Source of the DNA: Phaeosaccion multiseriatum
Lineage: Eukaryota > Protista > Ochrophyta, other classes
Reading direction: 5' to 3'
DNA: 64,000 nt
Assembly: GCA_965112735.1 (NCBI GenBank)
Contig: OZ218958.1
Span: 620,001-684,000, forward strand
The position numbers and the translations under genes are program-made. A model generated the notes under the pieces. The model ran no database searches, was not told where the DNA came from, and worked only from the letters and a program-made list of their open reading frames with translations. Position 1 is the first letter of the stretch. Each line of letters begins with the position of its first letter. Below are positions 1 to 8,622 of this stretch, in pieces.

Positions 1-650
1 GATCTTCTTCAGCGAGGCAGGCAGCTCCAAAGGGAGGTTAAAGTCCTGCCCCATCTGCACCTCCTCCACACCGCAAGGAAGGACCACGTGCTGATTGAAG
101 TGCGAGTGCCCGACAAATGTGATCTTCTTCAGCGAGGCAGGCAGCTCCAAAGGGAGGTTAAAGTGATCCCCCATCACCACCTCCTCCACACCGCAAGGAA
201 GGACCACGTGCTGATTGAACCTCCAGCCAAATGTGATCTTCTTCAGCGAGGCAGGCAGCTCCAAAGGGAGTCTAAAAGCCCAACCCATCTTCACCTCCTC
301 CACACCGCAAGGAAGGACCACGTTCCGATTGAACCATTCGCCAAATGTGATCTTCTTCAGCGAAGCGGGGAGATCCAGAGGGAGGTCAAAGTTTTTCCCC
401 ATCTCCACTTCCTCCACACCGCAAGGAAGGACCACGGGCTGATAGAACATTTCGCCAAATGTGATCTTCTTCAGCGAAGCGGGGAGACGCAAAGGGAAGT
501 CGAAATCCCGCCCCATCTGCACCTCCTCCACACCGCAAGGAAGGACCACGCGCTGATTGAAGCTTTCGCCAAATGTGATCTTCTTCAGCGAGGCAGGCAG
601 CTCCAGAGGGAGGTTGAAGACCCGCCCCATGTCCACCTCCTCCACGGTTC
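1..650 (-). repeat. Coding tandem repeat, 114-bp (38-aa, two FNIP units) period, at least 5.5 copies
   Basis: GATCTTCTTCAGCGA recurs at 1, 121, 235, 349, 463 and 577 (one 120-bp unit, the rest 114 bp). Confidence 0.95.
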
Positions 651-1233
651 TTGGTAACGTGATGTTACCTTGGTTGAAATTGTCCGAGAAACACACACGC
701 TTGACCGATGCCGGTAACAGCGCCAACGCCTTCGTGACCAGAGCTTCGTCAGCGGAGGCCAGATCGAGACCATGAAAGTAGCTCCTGCTGGGGCCCAGGC
801 GCACAGCTGCAATGCCGAACGTGCGTCTCGGTTTGCCTACCCCCAGGCCTCCCTCTACCTCTCCGCTGCCAACAGCCCCCACCTCTGCCGCTAGAGATGG
901 TGATGCACGAGTGTGTTTCTCCTCTTCCCGCTGCTGCCACCGGAGGAGACCAAGCATATGCTGTTGGACAGGGGCGGGCACAGCAGAATTTAGCACGAGA
1001 GTGCGTGATGTCACCTCGTCGAGGGCCCGGCTGACACCCCAAAGTTCCTTGCTCCGCAGGATGGTATCGAGAACACCCCAGGCCGCTACAGTCTGGTTCC
1101 TGCTGTCCCCAGCTTGGACGGTGCACGCAGTAGAGGGACCAGCGGCGCCCTGCTGCTGGGGACTGTGAGATATCATCCTCCCCGCCTCTCCCGCCTCTCC
1201 CTGTTGCCGGCACTCCTGAGCGCGGCGTTTCAT
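1..1233 (-). CDS. Intronless FNIP-repeat (LRR-like) protein, 5' portion; runs off the left edge
   Basis: Hand translation from ATG 1233 is open to base 1: MKRRAQECR...LPASVKRVCFSDNFNQGNITLPRTVEEVDMGRVFNLPLELPASLKKITFGESFNQRVVLPCGVEEVQMGRDFDFPLRLPASLKKITFGEMFYQPVVLP... The FNxx..LP..L..(I/L).FG pattern is FNIP-type. Absent from the ORF track because there is no stop inside the window. Confidence 0.85.
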   Translation of the reverse strand, partial: MKRRAQECRQQGEAGEAGRMISHSPQQQGAAGPSTACTVQAGDSRNQTVAAWGVLDTILRSKELWGVSRALDEVTSRTLVLNSAVPAPVQQHMLGLLRWQQREEEKHTRASPSLAAEVGAVGSGEVEGGLGVGKPRRTFGIAAVRLGPSRSYFHGLDLASADEALVTKALALLPASVKRVCFSDNFNQGNITLPRTVEEVDMGRVFNLPLELPASLKKITFGESFNQRVVLPCGVEEVQMGRDFDFPLRLPASLKKITFGEMFYQPVVLPCGVEEVEMGKNFDLPLDLPASLKKITFGEWFNRNVVLPCGVEEVKMGWAFRLPLELPASLKKITFGWRFNQHVVLPCGVEEVVMGDHFNLPLELPASLKKITFVGHSHFNQHVVLPCGVEEVQMGQDFNLPLELPASLKKI

Positions 1234-1418
1234 TGCTGTTCGCTTTCGGGGGAAAGAAAAAAAGGCGGGGGCCCGGTACTGAGAGCGATGATAGCTGACA
1301 GCACTCAGCGGCTGTAGAGGAGAAGTTGAGGTGCGGGAAGATGGCTCAAGTCCTGCGTATTCGCGTTCAAAGCTCCCTCACTGGATCCGTATTAACGCGA
1401 GCTTCCGAAGTAATTTTG

Positions 1419-1666
1419 TGTGGTAGATTGTCCTGCCTGAGGGTTTCCGGTCACACATTCTGGGGTATAATAAGAATGTCGGTTTCCTAGGCACGCCCCG
1501 AGGGGGATCAACGGCTCTGGCGTTTCACCCTCCTCTTTGTGGGCACAAGCTTTGCATCAGCAAGTAGTAGAGATATATTATCAATACGGACACTGACGCC
1601 CCACCATAGGCGCAGCATATACTTAGTCCAAACCCCTTAACGTTTCTACTATCTTAGCTTAGCACA
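1419..1666 (+). repeat. 5' LTR (248 bp)
   Basis: TGTGGTAGATTG...TTAGCTTAGCACA; matches 6965-7212 with no difference seen by eye. Confidence 0.97.
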
Positions 1667-1733
1667 GAACTAGTTCTCGCTTTAGAAAAGCTTTGGAGAA
1701 GGATTTTCTCGGACCGATTGGAGGAGCGGCATC

Positions 1734-4700
1734 ATGGCGGTTCAAGGCATCATCATGAGGGACCCAACCCATTATCCGGAGATACGGACGCCTCTATCTG
1801 CGGAAGTCGTCAGCGAGTTCTTACTGCAGTACGATCAGTCCGCGCTCAGGGATAGGGACAAGCCGCTGGATATCCCCAGCATGGTGCAGCTCATCGACCC
1901 AGCCCATCGTTTTGGAATAGCCATCGCCAATCAAGTGTCGGAGGCTCAGCTCACGTCCAAGATGGTACGGGATTACTTGGAGAGGTGGTTGAAGAAGAAT
2001 CGCAGGGAGGACGTCAACGGAAATGCCACTCTCAACGAGATAATCAGGAAGATGGTACTCGTGTATGATCCGGACCCTCTCCAATTCAAGCACAATCTTC
2101 AGTACATGTGCCAGCAATACCTTCGCATGATCCACGAGTCAGCAGCAAGGAAGGAGTACCTGAACTTGAACCCCACCGATACGAATTTCCTTGGTCCGAA
2201 CGGAAAGCACGCTGCCAAAGGGATGCAGCGAGGCTTACTCACCATCATCAAGAATTATGACCCATGCATGGAGAAAATGCTGGTGGACGCGTTCAAAGAT
2301 GGACAGAAGGACTGGGGAGAGCATCACGGGGAGTGGATGGAGAAATTCGTCAGACACTTGTGCCAGTGGGCCACCATGAGAGCGGCAGCACGGCGTATCG
2401 GCGGTAAGGCCGAACATTTCCTTCCCGGACTCAAGGGTGACCAAGGGGCATCTGGAGGCGGCGGGGGAGGCGGTGGTGGGCAAGGCAAAGGTGCAGGCGG
2501 CAAGCGCAAGTGGCAGCAGGAGCAGCAGCCAAAGCGTACGGGTGCAGAGACCTCCTCGAAGGAGACAGCAGCGGGCAAAGAGACAGCCAGCAACCCATTG
2601 AAGAAGGCCCGTACTCCGAAGTGCTGGGCCTGCGACAAGCCGCATCGGATTGACGACTGCCCTACAACCACTGCCGAAGACAAGAAACGCATCAAGGCAG
2701 AGAAACAGAAGGCATGGGAGCAGAGGAAGGCTGAGGCGAAGAAACCGGGGGTGACGTCCGTCTCATCTTCTTCGGCTGCGGCAGGTGTTTCTTTGCCAGG
2801 GCCAGTTGCTATGGACCTCACGGGAGACCGCATGAGCGTGGTTCTCGTGAATGACACGACTCCGGAGGTGCGGATGTCGGCGCAAGCCCTGTTTGACAGC
2901 GGATGCGATGTGGGTATGGTCATGGGTGGTGACCTGGCTCGCACGTGGGTCGGAAAGGGTGGTGGCGTACTAGAGGCCTGTGAGCCTTCGGAGTGCGTCA
3001 CTGCTGCTGGACCTGTGACTGCCAACGAAGTGTTGTGCGGCAGTCACCTTGAGATAGAGCTGAGTCATGGAAGCGTGAGTACAGCGCAGCTGGACAAGGA
3101 GTTCAGATCCATGTTGGTTCTTGAGAGCTTGGGCAGCAGACTGATTCTGGGCCGGCCTTTGCATAAGGCACTGGGCTTGGAGTCTTTGACTGAGCAGTTG
3201 CACAGAGTGCACGAGAAACGGTCGGAGGAGACCCTGCAGAGGGAGCGTGACGACGCTTCCCCTGCGACAGGGGCTGCCCCGACTAAGCAGCAGAGTGTTG
3301 AGAAGAGCGTGTGTTCTATGGGCGTTGAGACCATCCAAGACTATGCTGATTTTGAGGCAAGCAACTTCCCCGTGCAAGTATTGGGGGTAGGAGCGCAGGA
3401 GGTTGCGGCCGAGAGCCCCCCTCCTGTCGCCAGTGCAGAGGCACCAGAGGTTAGCGCCATTGGCGGCCAACCGCTTAATAGTAAAGACCGTGAAGAGTGT
3501 GAAGGTGTACCGGATACTATTCAAGGGCCATCAGAGGGAGTTCCCCCTTCTGAGGCACGCCGTAGAGAGGTGCTAGGTCCCATTGTGGACAAAGCAATCA
3601 CTGATCATGATTTCCCTGCGGAGCTGAGAGAGCCAATGATGGAAGCTCTCTTAGAGTTCGACGTGTGGCGGGAAGAGTTGCTCTTTAGCGACGGCCCCGC
3701 TAACGTAGAGCCAATGGAGGTGACGTTTACCAATAAGGTACCGAGCTCCCGTCTCCCCATAAGGCAACAAGGCGCAAAGGGTGCTTTTGTAAATGACTTT
3801 TGCAACAAGTTGATAGACAAAGGCCTGGGTTATAGCAACCCGCAGAGCGCTCATGGCAGCCCGGCGTTTGCAGTGGGCAAACCCGGCAAGCCAGGCAAGT
3901 ACCGTATCGTCTGCGACTTTCGCGAAGTCAATGAAAAGGTACAGAAGGTCGATTTTGGGATGATGAACATTGAAGACGCCGTAGCCTCCATGTTGGGTTG
4001 CCTATGGTTCATCGAGATAGATGGGGTTGACATGTATTGGCAATTCCCACTAGGCAAGTTGAGCCAAGTTGCTCACACCTATATATTCCCAAATGGCAAA
4101 GTGACGCCAACTCGAGTACCCCAGGGGGCTAAGAACTCGGGCGCTTACGTCCAAGGCCAGATGACCCACCTCTTTCGCAAAGAGTTGTGCAAGACCCACG
4201 CCGTCTACATTGACAACGTAGCGTACTGGGCAAAGGTGGGAGAGGAGATGGTGAGTCTCACTCGATTGACGATGAAGCGCCTCCACAGTGCCAACATCAA
4301 GATAGGATTGAACTCGTTCCGTTTCGGTAGCGAGCTCAAGTTCCTTGGCCGCGTGCACGACCGACGCGGCACACGACATGACCCCGCCAGAGTGCAGGGC
4401 CTGACCAGTCTCGCGGCCCCAGAGACGGCTGGAGATTTGATGACTTTCCTCTGCAGCCTGCAGTGGTTTCATCGATACATCAAGGACTTCGCTAAGCTAG
4501 TGGGTCCTTTGAACGCGCTGTTGAACAAAGCCCTCGGGCAGGCTAACGCTAAGCCTCATCAGCACAAGCGCTCCAAGGCAGTGGCCAAGACGATTCCATT
4601 GGCTTCTGTGGGGTGGGACACAGAGCACGACGACGCTTTCTTCCAGATCAAGCGCGTTCTTGCACAGAACACGGTGCTGTCGCACCCAGACCCAACCAAA

Positions 4701-6920
4701 CTGGCACTGGTATTCCCAGATGCTAGTGACCTCTACTGGGGATGTATGATTACATACATAGACCCCAAAGAGCTGTGCCTTCCGGTACATGAGATGAACC
4801 ACATCCCGGTGGCCTTCGGCTCAGGCGCCTTTGAAGGCGCAGAGCTGAGGCGTGCCACCATCGACAAGGAAGGAGACGCGACACTCCGAGGCTTGATCCA
4901 GAACGAGTACGCTTTGGTCGGGGCACAGAAAGTGCACATCTTTTGCGACCATCGCAACTTGGCGGTCATGATGAGCAACGACAGCAAGTACCCTGGCATG
5001 ACTAAGCCTATGAGGGACAGGCTGCAGCGTCAGGCCGTGCGCCTTCAGAGCTTTGACTATGTCATTGTCCACTTCCCTGGTCATCTCCATGATTGGGCCG
5101 ACCCCATTAGCAGGCGGTACACGCACCCGGTGAGCCTCACCCCTAGTGTGCTCGCCTTGGGCAAGTTTGGGCCCATGCAAGTGTTTGACACTATGTGTGA
5201 CGACTTCACTTGGCCCTCCACAACTGAGATTGCCAGTCTGCAGGCCGACGCTCTTCAGGAGCTCCAGCAGGCTAGCAAGGAGGTGGGAGAGAACGGGCGC
5301 CGCCTGCTCCTCTCATCAGTTGGCGACGACGGGTTGATTCGAGCGTGCCATCCGACGAGCAACCCCGCTGACAGCACCCGCATTTGGATTCCCTCGGTGG
5401 GAGCCAAGGCGGAAGACATGCACCTGAGGCTGTGTGTGACTGGCCATCAGGGTATGATGGGCCATCAGGGAGAGACAAACACCCTGAGTGCTCTTAAGGA
5501 GAAGTTCATCTGGCAGTCGCTAGACAAGGACGTGCGCAGCCTCGTTCAGAACTGTCTCCACTGCCTCACCAACGGCAAGGGCGAGAGAGTGCCTCGCCCC
5601 CTGCTAGCTCAATGGCACGCCACTGGACCCCAGCAACTCATCTGGTTTGACTTCGTCAAGATTGGCGATGGAGTCATATGGGCAGAGTCCCCAGAAGGGT
5701 TCATGAAGCTTCAGGTCAAGCAAGTGCTGTGCATCTTTGATGATTCTTCATCATTGTCAATGTATGAGCCATGTTTGGAAGCTACTGCACGAGTGTGTGC
5801 ACGCGGTCTGTTGCGCTGGTTCGCACAGCATGGCGTAGTGCCCAGGTGGCAGAGTGACCGAGGCAGTCATTTCCTAAATGAGGTGATACGTGAGTTAAGT
5901 CAGCTCTTGCGGTGCAACCACCACTTTGTGGTGGCACACAACCCATACAGTCGAGGATTGGGCGAGCGTGGTGTACAGATACTGCAGAAGATCATGAGAT
6001 CAATGATGTCTGAACTACGGCAGCCGCCCGAGACATGGCCGCAGCTACTGCCAGTGATGGAGGCTGTTGAGAACAGCTCCAACAAGAGCAGTCGGTCTAA
6101 CTTGTCTCCCATCCAGCTGCACAGTGGTCACGTACCACAGCGGCCTCTCGACACGATTTCGATCCACGACGCGGATCGGATGCAAAAGGTTCGGCTACTG
6201 CAGCTGACCCCGGCGCAGAGAGACACCCTTGCGACACAACTCCATCAGAGGAAGGAGGGGCAGCGTGCCGAGGCGGCGCGCCAACTGACTACCCTCCGCG
6301 ATCACAAGCGCGATGGCATCAACCAGAGGTTGATGAGTGGCAGACGTGGTGCAGAGCATCGTCAGGACTTGGCCAGAGCTAAGCAGCTCAACAGCGAGAC
6401 GCTGTTTCAGGTCGGAGTCTACGTACTCGTTGCAACAGTAGGGCCTACAAGCAAGATACTAGGCAAGTGGCATGGGCCCTGCCGAGTGCTTGAAGCCCTT
6501 GAGCAACACGTGTACAAGGTGGAGGAGCTTGTGGGCAAGAAGCGTACCTATGAGGTACACATCAGCCGGCTCCGCTACTACTGCGGTGCTCACGTTAACG
6601 TCACTACCGACGTACTTCAACAGATTTCGTATAACACCCAAGACTTTGTGGTGGAGGCCTTTGAAGGCCTCGTTAAGCACGCAGATGCTTCATGGCACGT
6701 CATTGTTAAGTGGCGTGGCTTTGACGCCCTCGAGAATAGCGAGGAGCCCATCGAGGCGCTGCACGAAGATACTCCACGTTTACTGGAGACCTACCTGCAG
6801 CACCATCAGGACAAGCAGTTGATCAGCGCAGTCCGAGCCTATCTGCGCAAGACTACGACGCGATCGGCTACTAAGCCGCCGCGCTCCGCGCGCACACGAA
6901 AGTGGACACAAACTAGATAG
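1734..6920 (+). CDS. Gag-Pol polyprotein (Zn knuckle, aspartic protease, RT, RNase H, integrase, chromodomain)
   Basis: CWACDKPHRIDDC knuckle; ALFDSG protease; YRIVCDFREVN, PQGAKNS and VYIDNV RT motifs; PDAS..CDHRNL..ADPISR RNase H; H-x6-H...CLHC plus WFDF/SDRGSHF/GLGER integrase; VIVKWRGFDALENSEEP chromodomain. Confidence 0.96.
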   Translation: MAVQGIIMRDPTHYPEIRTPLSAEVVSEFLLQYDQSALRDRDKPLDIPSMVQLIDPAHRFGIAIANQVSEAQLTSKMVRDYLERWLKKNRREDVNGNATLNEIIRKMVLVYDPDPLQFKHNLQYMCQQYLRMIHESAARKEYLNLNPTDTNFLGPNGKHAAKGMQRGLLTIIKNYDPCMEKMLVDAFKDGQKDWGEHHGEWMEKFVRHLCQWATMRAAARRIGGKAEHFLPGLKGDQGASGGGGGGGGGQGKGAGGKRKWQQEQQPKRTGAETSSKETAAGKETASNPLKKARTPKCWACDKPHRIDDCPTTTAEDKKRIKAEKQKAWEQRKAEAKKPGVTSVSSSSAAAGVSLPGPVAMDLTGDRMSVVLVNDTTPEVRMSAQALFDSGCDVGMVMGGDLARTWVGKGGGVLEACEPSECVTAAGPVTANEVLCGSHLEIELSHGSVSTAQLDKEFRSMLVLESLGSRLILGRPLHKALGLESLTEQLHRVHEKRSEETLQRERDDASPATGAAPTKQQSVEKSVCSMGVETIQDYADFEASNFPVQVLGVGAQEVAAESPPPVASAEAPEVSAIGGQPLNSKDREECEGVPDTIQGPSEGVPPSEARRREVLGPIVDKAITDHDFPAELREPMMEALLEFDVWREELLFSDGPANVEPMEVTFTNKVPSSRLPIRQQGAKGAFVNDFCNKLIDKGLGYSNPQSAHGSPAFAVGKPGKPGKYRIVCDFREVNEKVQKVDFGMMNIEDAVASMLGCLWFIEIDGVDMYWQFPLGKLSQVAHTYIFPNGKVTPTRVPQGAKNSGAYVQGQMTHLFRKELCKTHAVYIDNVAYWAKVGEEMVSLTRLTMKRLHSANIKIGLNSFRFGSELKFLGRVHDRRGTRHDPARVQGLTSLAAPETAGDLMTFLCSLQWFHRYIKDFAKLVGPLNALLNKALGQANAKPHQHKRSKAVAKTIPLASVGWDTEHDDAFFQIKRVLAQNTVLSHPDPTKLALVFPDASDLYWGCMITYIDPKELCLPVHEMNHIPVAFGSGAFEGAELRRATIDKEGDATLRGLIQNEYALVGAQKVHIFCDHRNLAVMMSNDSKYPGMTKPMRDRLQRQAVRLQSFDYVIVHFPGHLHDWADPISRRYTHPVSLTPSVLALGKFGPMQVFDTMCDDFTWPSTTEIASLQADALQELQQASKEVGENGRRLLLSSVGDDGLIRACHPTSNPADSTRIWIPSVGAKAEDMHLRLCVTGHQGMMGHQGETNTLSALKEKFIWQSLDKDVRSLVQNCLHCLTNGKGERVPRPLLAQWHATGPQQLIWFDFVKIGDGVIWAESPEGFMKLQVKQVLCIFDDSSSLSMYEPCLEATARVCARGLLRWFAQHGVVPRWQSDRGSHFLNEVIRELSQLLRCNHHFVVAHNPYSRGLGERGVQILQKIMRSMMSELRQPPETWPQLLPVMEAVENSSNKSSRSNLSPIQLHSGHVPQRPLDTISIHDADRMQKVRLLQLTPAQRDTLATQLHQRKEGQRAEAARQLTTLRDHKRDGINQRLMSGRRGAEHRQDLARAKQLNSETLFQVGVYVLVATVGPTSKILGKWHGPCRVLEALEQHVYKVEELVGKKRTYEVHISRLRYYCGAHVNVTTDVLQQISYNTQDFVVEAFEGLVKHADASWHVIVKWRGFDALENSEEPIEALHEDTPRLLETYLQHHQDKQLISAVRAYLRKTTTRSATKPPRSARTRKWTQTR

Positions 6921-6964
6921 ACACACTTACTTCCCAGTCGGCTCGAACTGTCGCTTGGGGGTAG

Positions 6965-7212
6965 TGTGGTAGATTGTCCTGCCTGAGGGTTTCCGGTCAC
7001 ACATTCTGGGGTATAATAAGAATGTCGGTTTCCTAGGCACGCCCCGAGGGGGATCAACGGCTCTGGCGTTTCACCCTCCTCTTTGTGGGCACAAGCTTTG
7101 CATCAGCAAGTAGTAGAGATATATTATCAATACGGACACTGACGCCCCACCATAGGCGCAGCATATACTTAGTCCAAACCCCTTAACGTTTCTACTATCT
7201 TAGCTTAGCACA
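6965..7212 (+). repeat. 3' LTR (248 bp)
   Basis: Direct repeat of 1419-1666. Confidence 0.97.
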
Positions 7213-7301
7213 TTTGTGATTATATTTGACACCCTTAAAGTGCCATCTATGGTTGTCTAAAAGTAACGCCTCACCACTGTTCGCCCCCCACATGTCGCCG
7301 C

Positions 7302-7765
7302 CCACGTGACGCCTAGCGGCCTAGGCCTATTTTGGAAAATTGCCCGGCCTAGCGAGGGCCGTAGGCCCTCGGCCTATTTATAGGCCGCTAGGCGGGGGCC
7401 GGAGGCCCGCGGCCTAGGGCAGACGCCAACTAGGCGCAGGTCCAGGGCGGGAATTTCCCCCTGGGCTGGCCCGGAACCCGCCCAAGTGTCGTCAGTTTTA
7501 AGCAAATGTATGCGATAAGTGAGGAGTAGAATTGGTTCGTGTTGTCTCTTTCCGCCTCGCTGGCCCTACGAGGAGTGCAGGCCTACAGGTGTGCTGCTAC
7601 CCACTGGCTGGGCGGCACCACGCACGCGCCCACGGTCACTGGGAGGCTGCCTAGAGGCGGGCTAGAGGCTGCCTAGAGGCGGGCTATAGGCCGCCTAGGG
7701 CTGAAAAGTGAGCGGCCTAGAGCGGCCTAGCGGCCCAGAGCCTAGGCCGCTAGGCGTGCACGGGG
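7302..7765. mobile_element. Non-autonomous TIR element (MITE-like) with many subterminal GGCCTAG/CTAGGCC motifs
   Basis: Left end CCACGTG-ACGCCTAGCGGCCTAGGC; reverse complement of right end CCCCGTGCACGCCTAGCGGCCTAGGC; flanks CCGC and CCGA; no coding capacity. Confidence 0.7.
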
Positions 7766-8037
7766 CCGACACTGTGTCATCTTATCGAGGAGGGACGGCT
7801 GCAGCAGAAGCAGTAGCTGCTGAAAGGAGAGAGGAGAACGTGGAGCTAACATGTTTTAGAGCAAAAGAAGGAGAGTACAGACTTTGCCGAAGAAAGAGAC
7901 AGGATGAGCAGCGAGTGGCGCAAATGGAGCACCTCCAAGGGTGGCAAGCAAGATGTCAACGCACTCACTCACTACGGCCAATCATGGCTTTGACGGCGAC
8001 TCCTCCTTTCAGGATTTCAACATCTCTCTCCTGTCGA

Positions 8038-8126
8038 CCCCTGACGCACTATCGCCCACATTCTCGGTAGCGGATAGCGGATCGGCTGGCGCCGGCGATA
8101 GCGGATTGCGGATAGTGCGTCAGGGG
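8038..8126. mobile_element. Miniature TIR element flanked by TCGA
   Basis: TCGA|CCCCTGACGCACTATC ... GATAGTGCGTCAGGGG|TCGA; perfect 21-bp inverted repeat at 8033-8053 and 8111-8131 including flanks; internal TAGCGGAT-like repeats. Confidence 0.75.
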
Positions 8127-8517
8127 TCGACTCTCCAAACGCTTCTCCAATTGCCTTAGCTAGGCATAGGGCTGTAAGACTTCAAAGCTCCTCCCACTGC
8201 CTCATGAGGCCACGAAGCTTCCTTCCGTGGCGGACACGGCGTTGATGAAGTTTCCCTCAGAGAGCCCCCCGTGTCCCCCTTCTCTCCCTCCCGCGGCTGC
8301 AGCTGATATCGCTGTAGTCCCGCTCCTCCTCTTGCTGCTGCCTCCTCCAAAGCCCCAACTCCTGCCGTGCTGCTGCTGCTGCTGCTGTTGCCGCTGTCTA
8401 GGCAAGTCCGATGACTGCACACCGCTACTCCACCCTGACATCCACTTGCTTGAGCCCCAGCCACCTATCCCTGAGCCTGACCCTGTGCGGCGGTGCTTCC
8501 CCTCGCCGCGCCCTCCT

Positions 8518-8587
8518 TTAGGTGTCCAGCTGCTCGGTCGCGTGGGGCGAGGAGGGCGGCTGTGGGGTGGGTGTATGCACGAGAGGA

Positions 8588-8622
<35 letters not shown>

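Larger units (their letters stand above)
1419..7212 (+). mobile_element. Full-length Ty3/gypsy LTR retrotransposon with chromodomain (chromovirus-like)
   Basis: Two identical 248-bp LTRs (TGTG...CACA), 4-bp TSD TTTG at 1415-1418 and 7213-7216, short purine-rich GGGGGTAG before the 3' LTR, single gag-pol ORF in PR-RT-RH-IN order. Confidence 0.97.

Noticed and set aside
88-657. 189-aa repetitive plus-strand ORF
   Set aside because: Antisense shadow of the minus-strand FNIP ORF, which gives a recognisable repeat family.
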